Below are positions 12,387 to 26,388 of a stretch of DNA of 64,000 bases, in pieces. The notes under the pieces were generated by a model. The model saw only the letters and a list, made by a program, of their open reading frames with translations. It had not been told where the DNA came from and did no database searches. The first letter of the stretch is position 1. Every line of letters begins with the position of its first letter. A program made the translations under genes and the position numbers. The DNA comes from Takakia lepidozioides (Eukaryota > Plantae > Bryophyta): contig CM060733.1 of the NCBI GenBank assembly GCA_030704615.1, positions 52,824,001 through 52,888,000 of the forward strand, written 5' to 3'.

Positions 12387-12992
12387 TTATATTTCTGTAC
12401 CTATCTCTCGAGTTGAATGGGATGAGAGAGACATAAGAAAATTAGAAGAGGTTGCTGACGAGCCTACTCGCATGTTGCCCGAAGTGGCTCGCGGAGCATT
12501 ACACGCCCGCTCATCCAAGAAAGCCATATCGTCGTACAATTCCTTTGAGAATGCCTTCGGAAGGCCGAGAGCTATCCGCTCTTTGCTTGTCATGCTCCAA
12601 AAATCCTGATTGCCAGTTGCATTGATTTGGTGGCCTCGAATGTCTTTGTAGAGCTTCGTGATTAGGTTCCACTTATTGATGCAGCTCCTCATATCACGAC
12701 CTCGGACACCTTGGCTCTCCATAAAGCAAATGACCTTCACCCACTTGAGCTTGTCAACAACCATATTTCCCTTGGCACAAGAGGCTTTCCAAGCTTCCCA
12801 CTCCTGTTGCTTTCCCAGCGCAAGCCAGTGCATCTCCTGCTCCGACCAGTTTGTGAGTCTCGGCCTCTTCTCAACTCTCGATCTCTCCCTTGCAAGCCTT
12901 GCAAGGTGACTCTCGGTCGCAATCTCTTCCCTGTGTGATTCCATAGCATCTCCTATATTGTCTGACCCCGACCCTATTGTTGCAGTGGACAT
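12387..12992 (-). CDS. Trihelix / Myb-SANT-like DNA-binding protein (host TF or PIF/Harbinger-type accessory ORF)
   Basis: NWSEQEM..L, KW..V..FM...G, R....C..KW..I...YK.I, then DFWSMTSKERIALGLPKAF, typical of plant trihelix domains. ATG at 12992. The 3' end may be spliced (possible donor near 12400). Confidence 0.75.
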   Translation of the reverse strand: MSTATIGSGSDNIGDAMESHREEIATESHLARLARERSRVEKRPRLTNWSEQEMHWLALGKQQEWEAWKASCAKGNMVVDKLKWVKVICFMESQGVRGRDMRSCINKWNLITKLYKDIRGHQINATGNQDFWSMTSKERIALGLPKAFSKELYDDMAFLDERACNAPRATSGNMRVGSSATSSNFLMSLSSHSTREIGTEI

Positions 12993-13619
12993 GATGCAGG
13001 AGTGCAAAACACGACAAGAAGGAGCACCGAGCTACAGCTAAAGAATGAAGAAAAAATTATCAAGAGAAAGAACTATGTCAAAGCAAGAAAGAAGCAAAAA
13101 TCAAAGCAAGAGAGAAGGAGCTACAAAAGCAAAGCGCCAAACAACAAAGACAACGAACTACAAAAGCAAAGTGCAAAACGCGAAGCGCGAAAGAAGAGCA
13201 AAACTCGAAGCGCGAGAGAGACGGTGAAACGCACGGCGATGGCGAAATGTGCAAATGGCGAAATGTGAAAATTGCCGGGCAGCTGCCCAAGGATCGCGTG
13301 CCAGTTTAGATTTAGCACTAGAGGGGGGGGTTTAGTGCTAAATTCTCTCTAAACTAGGAAGGATTATCTTAGGATAGATAGCGGTAGTTAGAGCTAAAAT
13401 TTGTGAAGCAGGGCAGCGCGGCCGGATTTTTCAAGCTAGCAGTAGTTAGCACTAACCTAACATCCGTTAGCAGCCCGGTGCGGCGGGGGCCTTAAAGCCC
13501 ACCAAAACGGAGAAGACTACGCTTAACCCAACGCGTTGAATGGCGAAGAGAATGGCGATCCTGAGGCACCACTGTTTCGTTTCCGCTTCTTCTGCGGAAG
13601 ATACCCATGGTGAGCAGAT

Positions 13620-14191
<572 letters not shown>

Positions 14192-15718
14192 TGATCCACC
14201 GGATTCAGATTAGGTACCGAGCCTTCATCTCTAAGGTGGGAGAGGTAGTTGCTCTTGTTTCGTTGAAACTTATGACAGGCTGGTCCTACTGATCGATTAC
14301 AAGTTCATCAATCCCGACTTGACTTAATGCCCATTTGGACGGGGATTATGGTAAATCTGAACATCAGGATAACTCATCAATCATTTACAATTCTTGAAAT
14401 TTCGACATCATGGCAGTTTAATATAGATCTAGAGAATATCTAAGTTATGAAAGTTTATAGAATTTAATTGAAATTCTTGACAGAATGAATCACTCTCCCG
14501 AGCTCAGTTCTCTCCCGTAACAATTGATAGACATGAAAGAAATGAATAGTATCTGTGGCAGCGCACAGCGTGGGGACGTAGGAGAGATTTCGCAGCTCCA
14601 CGATTTAGTCTCTTCAAGTAATGGTAGGCATTCAAAACAGTCTCCACGCAAAGATGTGGCTACCGAACGTTGTAATATATACTTCCTCCATACTATCTGA
14701 TCTATGTACTAGATCCTTTTCCTCGATATATGTGCGCGGGCGATAGAAACATAAGTTGTGCAGGCCTTTCCCCAGAACTTCAATCACACCAAATCTCCAA
14801 GGAAGAATTTGACCATTGACGTATCGTTTTTCCACTCGCAAGTACCCTAGTCCTGTGGGCTTCTAGCAAGATGGACATAGAGACCCAGCAGTTAGGACTA
14901 GGAGCCTGGTGATGTAGACGAAGGGGGCCCAATCGGAAAAGATCAGGATCGATCGAGAACGGTAAACTGGAAAAGGGGGAGTTATTGTCGAGGGGGAGGG
15001 GGAGGTTTGACCCGTGCTTGAATATAATCGGGTTTTAACTTGTTATTAGATTTCGGTGGTGGAAATGAAGTGGGTGAAGGCCGTCTTGGAACTGGCTTTA
15101 TACTCTTATCTGATCTTCTGGTAAACCTCGCCGCGAGTTTTGAGAAGAGTAACGAACAGGGAGGAGGTCGGCTTAGGTACCCTTCGCCATGGGCGCGGTG
15201 TCTTCGAACCTGTAGAACTCCCCAAACCAATTATACACAAATGGAGCATGTAGCGGTGCAATGATTCGGAGATGAAAACATTACACTTTATGACAGTTTG
15301 AATTACAAATATTCTCCAACTGCTGGCATGTATTTCAGAAATTTTAGGTTTGAATGAGTACCACTACTCGGATGCTACGCCATTGCAGCAAGATTTGAAT
15401 TCCTAGGGCTTCGGTTCTGGGGCCCCAAACCGGAGGATCAAGTGATTTTCTATGTTCATTCCATCCGCAATATACGAAGACTCGATGATCGTGTTCCAAG
15501 GTCTAAGCTCGCTACCGTTACCCGCGACTGGGACTCAGGATGAGTGGTCTCAAGGTCAGCTGCCTAAATTTAAATTCGATAGCATTCACTTTTCGAATTC
15601 TAAGCAAAAATCGAACGAACTACAGTGTTGTTTGGACCGTCTTCTGAATGGCCTCCGTGGACAACTGCATCCTGACCAGATTTGTATAATATATGATCTG
15701 ACATGAGATGAGCTAGAA

Positions 15719-16552
15719 TCACAACGTCAAAGTATGCAATAGAGCCAAGACAGGGAGGTACATATGAAGGGAGATATGAAGAGACTCCACCAGCATATGC
15801 AGCGTTAACGATCCTTCTTGTGAGGTCCTCCGATTCTCTGTCTCCATTAACTCAGCAAATTCAGAAGTGAAACCTGCAGTGAAGGTGATCATGGTAATTA
15901 GTATTCGAGACATAGTGGTTTAGATCTATTCTGTTGACCACATATATTGAGCGCTCAGACCTCTGCACATTAAGCAGTCGATCGTATTGGAGATTTCTAG
16001 GAATAAGTCAAACAAATGTCAGCTGGACTCAAGTGGAATTAAGTTCATGACCCACCAGCTTTTTAATGTGAGACGATTGAGGCATTCCAGATGGAAAATG
16101 AATGCACACGTTATTACATATTCATAAGCAGCGTCTGATCTCAAACATACCCCAAATTTCAGTTTCGACCGTGATATGTGAGTTCTTGAGCAGCCATTTC
16201 AACATTTCTCAAGTCTAGAATCACAAATCGATCGAAAGACGGTCACAGCTGGAAACTACAGTACTTTTCTCGACTATGGGTCGTATAAAACAAGCAGGAT
16301 AATTTCAAAGAAATCAATTAGCTAATGTCTGTGTCCCGACCTAGAGATCGACATATATGTAAGATACTTGAGAAGTGACCTGGAGTCCAAGCCAGATTTA
16401 CCTGGAGAAGGAGTATTTTGTAGAAGACGAGCACGTAGTGATGTGGCTGCAACACTTGATATCTTGAATTGGAGAGAGCTGCCCACTACAACTAGTTGGA
16501 GCACCAGACATAGACATGGCACACTGGTACTTCTTCGAACTTGTGGGGCCAT
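15719..16552 (-). CDS. Putative two-exon 101-aa protein with hydrophobic N- and C-termini (exons 16552-16402 and 15873-15719)
   Basis: Donor CCAG|GTAAAT at 16402/16401 and acceptor CTGCAG|GT at 15874/15873 join in phase to give 306 nt. N-terminus CLCLVLQLVVVG is signal-peptide-like; C-terminus is LPVLALLHTLTL. Confidence 0.35.
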
Positions 16553-18888
16553 GTGATCAAGGTACTCGAACTAGCAGTGCTTGCTTTGCTTGAGCAGGGA
16601 CAGGATCTGATTGTAATTCGGTGCAGCTATGGTACCTACTCAATGATCCGAAAATTCATTACAATCAAACCTTGATCAGACCATCTGTTCTGACAAGAAC
16701 GAAGCGGGCAGATCCTTGCTTCAGGTTGCGTGATCTACAATAACCATGGAAGAAGCCCAGGTCTATGTACAGGTGTGATCGATTCAACCGACATTGCAGC
16801 TCAACTCCATGTGCTGCACTGTTCCTCTCTGAGATCCAGATCTAGTGGCCCCACTTTCCTGAAATAAAATACACTATAAATCGCCTCTGAGCATCTGTGT
16901 GTGTCTCTCTTTCGCTCTGACGGACAAGGTTCTGGGCCTTCACATTACTCACGATGCATTACTCACTCTTTGCTAAAGATCCTCTCAAACATATAATAAC
17001 ACTTTGCATGCCCTCTATTCCTGCAAAATGCAAGTGAACGTGTCACTCAGCTTCTGACCCCTCCTTGCCATCTGCGGATACTAAAATTCTTACTGCTGCA
17101 GTGACTTTATATTGTTTCTTTAAGCTTAACTAGTGTGGCCCACCACATAGGAGATGCACCCCTAGGTATGAAGAACCCAAGCGGAGGCCTTGCTATTTTT
17201 CATGAATTTCCAGTGACAAAAAATACTTGAAATTCAATATCTCCCGCACCGCAGGTCTAAAAATTATGGAACCACCTGGATGCACCCGTACTCCTCCAGA
17301 GCTTTCCAGTGATATTAGGAACATGGGCAGAGACATCTCAACTTGACAAACAAAAGAAGCCTGGGCCAGAGGCTCTCTTGCTTTGGCAAAACATAAGAGG
17401 AAGGTGAGAGTATGGGGAATGACTTAGGACAACACACCATTCGGAGCTTGACATGGTGTAAGGTCCTTTGACCACATTTTCTCCCTTGACTTGAACATGT
17501 TACAAATCTCTCTCTAGACTCTACCAGAGAGCCAACAAACTTGTTTAATATTTTACTAGTGAGGCATGTGCCATTGACCACATATATATATATATCTAAA
17601 ACTATAAAACCACTTAAGTACATACAAAACAACAAAACAAACTACTTTGCTTAATATATTGATTGTTATGGGGAAAAAACGAATAAACCAAAATAAAACT
17701 ACTTTTTCTATACATAGTCATAGTGCCAACACAAAAATTATTTTAAATAATGAAATAAAATAAAAGAGAAGCTCCTCGAGTTGCAGTTTACTGTGGTAGA
17801 AGTAAAAGATGGAAGGGTGTGGGTGCCATGTTGTGACGTGCTGCAGACGTGCACTCTTACTTGAATCGATGGCTGAAGCCCTGTTGCCATGGATGCCCCC
17901 TCGCACGCACCTTCACTGTTGCTCGGACGGTGACGTGATTAAGGTCGTGAGCTCTCTGAGTGTGTTGATCAATCTGCTGCAGCAATGTGGATGATGCAGC
18001 TGTAGGGAGAAAGATGGAAGTGGAGAGAAGATAGGAGCTCTCTAGGTGCAGAGGAGAGATTCTCACGCTGCTAGTGAACAGGAATCACGTCAACTGATGT
18101 TCTTGTCTAGCAGAGATTTTAACTTACGAGTTTCATTAGAAATTAATTAGCAGTAGGGTTTATAAGCTAGGGTTCCACAACAGATGAATTGGTTAGTGTC
18201 ACAACAGCTCTGTTCATGTCGAGTCACATTCAGAACATAAATCAGGGTTGGGCATGCATGCTGTTACATTGAAAGTTGAACGCAGGTGAAGGCATGCACG
18301 TACAGCGGGGGTCGAGTAGACCCGCACTCATCAGCAGGGTACCATTTAAATATCATCTCTTGTGCAGCGCTGTACGTGGAGAGGAGAGCTCCACGGACAG
18401 AAGATCCGAGCAGGGTGTTACTTTAACAGTCGGGCTAATAACCGTACTTAGTGTGAGAATAGTGTACATGGTGGGACGAGAAGTCAAGTGGTCTGGACAA
18501 GCATTTATACATGTACGCCAGCAACAACTCGGTTCATGTCCAAGAGAGTCGAATTCTGCTACTCTCATCGTTCCAGGGTGAAATTGGGTATCAGGGTGAC
18601 CAAGTAATTTCTGAATCAAATACCGTGGGAAGGAGGACATTGATGAGCTCTGACCATGCATAAGCTTACCAGGACCTTAACGTCATATTACATTAACAAT
18701 GAATTACGTGTACCCAGTGGTATCCAGATATGGAGTATAATTTCAGACAGGTCTACCAAGTCCTATAGCTGCAGGTTTGTTGATGGCATCCTGCCTAGAA
18801 ATGTTGAACTTTCACAGACCCCAACACAGCTATGTAGCGAGGCACCAAGTCTCTCTTTTAGATTACAATTTTATGACTTTTATGTTCG

Positions 18889-21800
18889 CTAGAGTTCTTG
18901 GACCATGCCGACTTTCAAGAGACTAGCGTGGGGGATATTAAGTGAGGCGCTGGCGGACCGGCAATTCCTGCGCATGAAGCCATAGGCTTCATCAATCACA
19001 AACTTCCTGAAAAAGGAAGAGTCTTTACTAGCCCTCACTTCAGTCTGGCCAAGAAGATAAACCACCCCAGATTGCAGATCCTGATTCAAATACGCAATCT
19101 CGTTCTGTACAGACATATCGTCGCGGAAAACGTCTGACATCCTATACCCACCGTTGCCGACTTGTGTGCTGCCGCGAACATCGGCGTCCTCGACATGGAG
19201 CTCTGTATGGCCGGTGCCAGACAACTCCTTGGGATTGTTGGCCTCAGCACGGATGAATTCTGCAAGGCTGGTTATCAGCAGTTCGGCGAAGTTGCCGTCC
19301 TCGCTAGTGGTCTGGTCGCTGTACCCAAATCTGACCGCGCAGCGGTACATGTGGAACTCTTCGGGGCCTAATCTTCTGTGAAGAAATCGCTCCTCTTCAG
19401 GAACATGGGGTACGGGAAGGAACTTGATGCACACGAATACGATTGTCGAATGCATCGCTGGTAAGGTTTTAATAAGATGAGAAAATATAAGGGGTATCCC
19501 CTGCGTCCAAAGTCATGGCCGCCAGAGGTGTTCGAGCGTTAGTCACGAGACGCGTGAGATTCAATCGTAAACCATCAGCCATGGAGGTTGGCGATATATA
19601 TTTAAGTGAATAACTGCCTATAAGTAGCACTTGTAAACCCTCTAAACAAAATTCACTGAAACAGGATGAACATCTCGTTTCTAGAGAGGAAGGAGCTTGC
19701 AGAAAGACCAGAGGTGTGTGTTCCGCATAAGATCAAGAGATCACATCGAGGTATAATCTTGATCTGGCCAGCACGGATTATGAGCTAAGACATGCAACTA
19801 GTATAATATACAAGTTTCTAAATCAAGAGGAAGCCATACCATACCTGTGCAAGCTCTGTGTAGACGAGCCCAATCCCCGGAACTCTAACCTTGCCCAAGC
19901 TAGAGCCCAAGTCGAGCACCCAGTCCGCCGAAATTTTGTGTAGCACTTCATATTGGTACTTCTGCTTGCGGGCGTAGTGCCAAATGTACATAACCGTGAG
20001 GAAGAAGGCGACGAAAACAAGTGGCAGCCAGCCCCCTTGAGGCACTTTATACAACACTGATGAAAAGTACAGCAACTCCACCGACCCAAAAACCAAGTAG
20101 AAAGGAATAGCCAACCACAGGCTTGTCCGCCATACCATGAGCATAATTAGAGTCAGCATATGTGTCGTTACTACCATGACCGCTACCACAGCAATACCTG
20201 CACCCCAGTCATCGATTCCAGTGTGAAGACCAAAAAGGTTCCAGGTACTGACGGGAATAGAGAGAAGACGAAGCCAGCGTAACTAAGAGCACTTGCTGCC
20301 TCTGACAGGAATAAACTGAGTGCCATGTTCTTGATCAGGTATAAGGATACGGCATCGGTGTACCCTGCCCTGTCTGAAGTAAGTCGAAAACACTATGTAC
20401 AGGTGAAGACGTCCAGGACCATTTTCGTCTGCTCATGCGTAGCAATATAAAGACACAAATGTAGCAATTTTGAACCAACATATGTATATCTGCTCTTTTA
20501 ATTTGTATATGTATGATATACAGGTTTAGTGTTCTGTCAAGGGAACAAGGGACCAGTTGATCAAGGATCACAGGACGCCATCCGGCAACTACCTATGTGA
20601 TGTCTGGCCAGCATCAAAAGGTTATATAGGTTACGAAAAGGTGTACCGTAAGCATTCCCGATAGTGGTCGTATTCTTGAATCCAGCGGTAACTATCACCG
20701 TAAGAATCATAAGGATGTAGTTGATTTCGGGTATGTAGATCTGGCCTGCGTACTTCTTTGAAGTGTGTACCACCTTGCAGCGAGGAAAGCAGCCCAGAGT
20801 CATCGACTGATCGATAATGGAAAATGTGGCCGAGATCATGGCCTGGCTGGCTATCACTGCTGCCGCTGTTGCAACAACAAACATGGGCCAGTAGACAGGT
20901 GCTGTCCCCAACATCCACCAGATCCCCCCAACACCCACACAAATTACATTAGAATCCAGACCAAAATCTAACTTCTGAGTCCAGAATTTAGCTTGTCGTA
21001 GCCGCAACAATTCAGTCCTAATTGGAAGACAATGCAGCTTTAGAAATTTTCACGTGGGTAACTCACAAGTTATGCTCTGAGCCATCTGAGTGTTTTAACT
21101 TGTATACATACATGTCTCTCGATATTCGCTGTGCTAGTCTAGATAGTGGAGGAATAGATTAGCTTAATTACTTGGAATCGATTTATAGAATGTTTCTGAT
21201 AGATCCCCGGGATTTTTCATGAGGTAAGCAGCTTGGCCAATGTAAGCACAAAGTAGGCTGGGATATACCAGGGTCGAAAATCCAAGCTGCATCCATCGCA
21301 AAAGCAAGCACCAGTAAGAAATTTTCTGTTTTCGAGGCTAAGATCGATTGGAAGATCATGCATCTTGACCAAATATACATCCTTAACTGTATTTTTGTCT
21401 GCGCGCGATACAATTTCATATCTAGAGAAGATCAATTCTCGAGCCTATGAAATTATATAATTTCTATATGCAGGATCTGTAATCTAACTCAAATTTTGGC
21501 AGGACTTGAATGAAGAGAATAATGTTCCGCTCCAGAGAGTTCCAAGCAGTTTGGAAGGTAGATCTAGGTTGATATTAGTGCATGAAGCTCGGTGTAAGAA
21601 GGTATATTAGTTAGGCAGCTGCAAGTTACATTTACCTGTATTGATCGAACTGAGAAATGACCCAGATCCGCAAACATTGCTTCCGTCCCTGTTCACGTTA
21701 CACAGTCCAAATCAGTTGAGCGTCATAAATAATTCTGTTAATCTTGGATCGAGTGTATTATCTCCGACTGGGTAATGCAGTAAGATTGCTTGTCGGGGCA

Positions 21801-24167
21801 AAGAATATTTGCGTCAAGGACTGGTCAGTCCAGTTGAATTGGACTGTTGAATTGTCTCAACTTGTCTAGACTCTCTGAAGCTCTGAAGTCTCTCTTTCTC
21901 CTTGCTTTTGCATGTAGTAAATATTCAAAAGTCTAGGCCTAGGTACAGAGCTTTCGAATCTCAGTAGTTTAGTATTTCCGTCATGAAACCTTACTCCAAA
22001 AAGACGTAGGTACCTGTAATGCACAGTACAACGCCTCCAAGGGAGATCCAAGCGCCCTTTTTATTGTTCTTGAAGAAAACATAGATGTAATATGGGTTGA
22101 ACGCTCTGAAGACTGTGGGATCCCACTTGAAGATGTTGTAGACCCCAATGATGGCGATAGAGATAAACCAAGTCAGCACACATGGTGCAAATGTGTAGCC
22201 CACTTTATCAGTGCCGAATCGTTGGACGCAGAAGAGCACGATTATTATCGCCACTGAAATCCCCACTATCACATCTGCACACATACCAAAATCATGCCAG
22301 TACCACCAAAATATTAATTTCCAACGGAAGGCAGGATTCCTTCGGGATGAAGAGACAATTTAATTTACGCCTCCTCCGGGAGGAACCCTCTCGAGTGTAA
22401 CTTGAATGTAGAAAGGAAACTGGGTTCAAATGAGTCTTACTTTGATGAAGAGATGGAGCAGCAACCTGAAGACCATAGATAGACGACAACACTGCATCAA
22501 ACGTTCACGGTGCAAGCAATTCAGCAAACTGTAATTCAAAACTGGCGGCCTGCACACAAAGACAGACGGTGAAGTGCGGGACCTGACTAATTAATTTTGG
22601 CAGAGAGTAGGAAGACTGTTAAAACTGGTGCTTTAATACCTGAAATAGCTGGCGTGAGGACACCATCTCCAATGACCGCGCAGGTGCCACAAAGTCCCAC
22701 TATCAGTAGAAAGTTCTGCATGAACCTGCTTCCTTCCAGGAACTCCCTAATTTTCGTAGCCCGTTTCATGTTTTTATCTGGAAGGTCCATCTTGTACGTC
22801 GACAAGTCCCGGTCCTCAGGAGCTGTGTTGGAGGTAAGACTTATCCTTGCGTGTCTGCAGATCAGAGAATATAGCGCAAAAGTACCCCCTGAAATTGGCC
22901 ACTGACACAGCTTAAGTTTGATTCAACTGACATCTTTCAGAATGATTCCTTTCGAAATGGGACGAAGGAGAGAAGGAAGAAGATTCGATCTGGTGAGTTC
23001 CTGAGACATAGAAGTGCCGAGTTTTGTTACAATCGGAATAACTAAGTTTTGAACATAGCATGTAACTATCAGTCGGATGTAATCAACAAAGAGGTCGAGG
23101 GACCTGCTTGTTTTCGGTACTCACCTTGTCCCCTATCATTGGCCCTCAACACAATAAACACGTATTTGATCGCAGGTATGAGCGTCAATGTGTAGATTAT
23201 CAATGATAGTACTCCCAAAATGTCGTCGTGGCTGGGTCCATCACCAGGAGCGTTCGCCAGGCTGTAGGTGCTGGCGAAGACATACAACGGCGAGGTCCCA
23301 ACATCCCCATACACTACTCCGATGCTTTGGAATGCCAGACGGAGAATGACGGATGTTGAAAGTACCTGAGAATCACATGGACAGAATCTCAGTTACCAGC
23401 TCCTGCTCATAATCTCAATTGATCCATTAAACTCCAGAAACTACATTAATCGAAGAGCCTGCAGATCTCAGGTCTGAAGAAAAAGAGAGTAATAGTCTTT
23501 AAAGCTCTGTTCGCCCTAACTTCAAGAACGACTTGGATTCACCATCTATTCTTATCAAATTCGGTTAGTATTCGCGAACGATAGGAGGAGTAGAAGCCGA
23601 AGCGGCTGCAGAACAATTCATCACGGAGACAACTTTTGCAAATCAGCTCTACACCCTTTTTCCTATGTATGGGAATTGGTGCCGCAGCGATAGAAGGGCT
23701 CGTAAGGATAGAACGGATGCCATACATTCTCAGCGACAGATCAATAGAACTTGCAAGCTCGCTCTGAGAAATCAGTTCTACGCCCCTTTGTCTATGTATG
23801 GGAATTGGTGCCTTTGCAGAGATAGAAGGGCTCGTAAGGATAGACCGGATGCCCATACATTCTCACAGACAGATGTATAGAACTTGCAAGCTCGCTCTGA
23901 ATCAGACGCAAATAGATCCTTGCTCCACATGAACAATAGGACTTGTCACCCCTTATCAAACACGAGATCTAACGTCCCGACCCCCAAACTTGAGAGGTCC
24001 CACTCTAAAACACGAATTCCACGCACCTTTGGCCCACGGGGTCCCATGCTAGCGACACGACTGGCCTCCATCTCGAGAGAGTCCATTCTCTTGAGCACTT
24101 TGGGAGGAGTTCCATCAAAGGAACCCGCCTCATCGCCATCGATTCCGACCTCTGAGGCTACCTTCAT
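18889..24167 (-). CDS. KUP/HAK/KT potassium transporter (HAK5-like), 10 exons, 776 aa
   Basis: Exons 24167-24027, 23365-23125, 22888-22640, 22491-22441, 22274-22014, 21688-21636, 21286-21172, 20901-20647, 20197-19845 and 19500-18889. All introns are GT-AG and in phase; total 2331 nt. Motifs [81 protein letters not shown]. Confidence 0.96.
23640..23904. repeat. Tandem duplication (about 130 bp x2) in intron 1 of the KUP gene
   Basis: AATCAGYTCTAC...TATGTATGGGAATTGGTGCC...GATAGAAGGGCTCGTAAGGATAGA...AACTTGCAAGCTCGCTCTGA occurs twice. Confidence 0.9.
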
Positions 24168-25311
24168 CTCCACAGACCGCCTGGCAAACCCGAGAGCTGC
24201 AAAGCGATCTAGAAGACAATGGAAAAGCTCCTGCGAAAGAGTTTATGAAAGAGCAGAGAGCAACAGTCCTCGGAGACTTTGGAAGAGTAAAGCCAGGGCG
24301 TGTGGGCCCTCTGAGTGTCTATATGCGTTTCGCGTACTGCTTTTTGTACTGTTTGACTTTCTGTTGTGCTTTATTTAGAGCCACAAATCTGGGTCACCGG
24401 TCACCGACGAGCTCTGCTATGATACCCTGCATCCATTAATGGAACCACAAATATTACATAATAATACAAAGGATACATAATTCAAATGTCTCCTGCATGT
24501 CAGGAATGGGTTTCCCATGCCTAACCATGTCAGAGAACTGACTCTAAAGGGGCTTCCTCCCCTGTTCCCCTAATAAGAGAAAAAAAGAAAAGAAAAGAAA
24601 AAAAAACTGACAATTGAGCAAAAGTTGGGTTTTGCTTATATTGTCCGATTAGGCCCTAACTACTAGTGCCAGTTTGTTTCACAGAATTCAATAAGTTCAG
24701 TTCCCTGCCCACAAGCGTTGGGGATGCTCCAACTCACAATTGGGCAATTGGGTTCTTTTTGCGGATTCGGTCTTGTTTGTTTGTTGGCTCCTCGTTATTT
24801 TAAAGAAGAGACCACGCATGAGTGTCAAAAATCCTGAGTTGCCTTCCTTTGCTCCAAAATAGTACCTTCTCCAAGTAACACCTCTTAGGTAAAATTTCTG
24901 TTATTGGGCAACTTAAGGAAAAAAAGTGGTTGAATTTTTTAAGTTTATTATGGATGGAAGTAGATTATACTATCATTCACAAAGGGGAGCCCTGTGCGGC
25001 AAGCCACTTGTTACATGTGCATTTTGATGGTTGGGGGCTCCGAGGAAATAAATAAGTAATGAAAATCCCATGGGAAAAAGGAAATGAGGAACAATTGCTG
25101 TGCCTTGTGCATACAAATGTTTCTCAAGTGGGCGCCCAACAATTTAGGAACTTTGGTTGACTCCATCACCAAAGTAGGCACGAAGGTCCTGGGATCTGCC
25201 ATAACTTAGGTACTGAGAGCTACTTGAGAGGGGCTTTCCTGCTGGCGCTCTCTACCATTGCAAGGATTTCATAGGTAAGGAATAATATTTGACGAAGCAA
25301 TCGTAAATTAT

Positions 25312-26240
25312 GGTGTCTCTGTGCGGGTCCGGGTTTTGAAGGCGGTACCCGGCGGGTTAAGATCCAGGTTACCCGCACCCGGACCCGTGCTATCACAAAA
25401 AGCCCGGACCCTAACCCGGGTTCATTTCTAAAATGAACCCGAACCCGCCTGCTGGGTCCAGAACCCGTTAAACCTGCTACCCGTGGGCCAATGTAGCAGG
25501 TCAGGGTCCGGGTCTTAAATTTAGATGGGGAATAGGGGGTCCACCTTAGATCTGGTAGGTTTTGTCATATGTGTGGAGGGGACGAGCAGCAATAGGCCGC
25601 AGCAGCCAGCCCCACCACGTTGTAGCCCAGTGGTAATGCCCATATACCACCTCAAAAGCAGTTGTGGGTTCAATCCCCGGAGTGGTGTCACAAAGTTGTG
25701 CCCTGGGGGACCATAATTTACACCTCCCAAATGAGACGTCATATATTATTATTATGCCAGATCCCACACATCCATGCTATAGTGATCTACCCTGGAGGCA
25801 TATTACTATTCTTAACATGTTTAAAGAATTGATATTGAAAAATAGAAAATGGAACTCAAACTTAATTTAATTCTTATTCATGGTATACATATTCATATTC
25901 ATGGTATATTTTGAAGGAATGTCTCTTAAAATAAAATTCATTATTAGGATTTAAATTTTTTTCCAGCCAAAAATAAATTTATCCCTAATTAATATTATTT
26001 TTCTAATTTATTTAATCAATAAATTAGGACCCGGATCCGAACCCGTGAACCCGCTAATATTTCCCAACAACTACCCGGATCCTAACCCGAGTTCGTGTTG
26101 ACAAACCCGGACCCGAACCCGGACCCGGATTTTCCAAATTTCAAAAACCCGGATCCGGACCCGGACTTGGCTCCGAATAAAAAACCCGCACCCCCCGGAC
26201 CCAGCGGGTTCCTTAAAAAAGCAGAACCCGCACAACACTG
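25312..26240. mobile_element. Non-autonomous DNA transposon / MITE, hAT-like
   Basis: Dense ACCCG / CCGGACCC subterminal motifs at 25321-25513 and 26027-26232 around an AT-rich core. The ends TGTGCGGGT ... ACCCGCACA(ACACTG) are inverted. The left TIR is degraded and no TSD was identified. Confidence 0.6.
25615..25712 (+). mobile_element. tRNA-derived SINE-like head
   Basis: Pol III A-box TAGCCCAGTGG (25623-25633) and B-box GGTTCAATCC (25667-25676). A second copy exists split at 38360-38300 plus 26302-26270. Confidence 0.65.
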
Positions 26241-26269
26241 GTTTCTTCACCCCAAGGGTTACCTTCCGC

Positions 26270-26302
26270 TAAAAGGCGGACACCTTTGTGACACCAATCG
26301 GT
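26270..26302 (-). mobile_element. 3' part of the SINE interrupted by retrotransposon copy 2
   Basis: Minus strand ACCGATTGGTGTCACAAAGGTGTCC matches GAGTGGTGTCACAAAGTTGTGCC just 3' of the B-box in the 25615 copy. Confidence 0.7.
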
Positions 26303-26388
26303 TGTCGTGCGAATACATATTGCTACACAACTACATCGCTGTCCAGACCACACCACACATATATGCACAAATAAGTAGTCTAGCACAA
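26303..26388 (-). repeat. Terminal repeat A, outer copy (86 bp)
   Basis: Near-identical to 26741-26825 (TGTCGTGCG..ATACATAT..CTACACAACTACATCGCTGTCC...GTAGTCTAGCACAA). Confidence 0.92.

Noticed and set aside
13002-13268. Lys/Arg-rich ORF
   Set aside because: Antisense reading of a T/C-rich leader or intron upstream of the trihelix ORF; low complexity.
25615-25712. Functional tRNA gene
   Set aside because: A and B boxes are present but I could not fold a convincing acceptor and anticodon stem, and a diverged second copy shares 3' flank, which fits a SINE.
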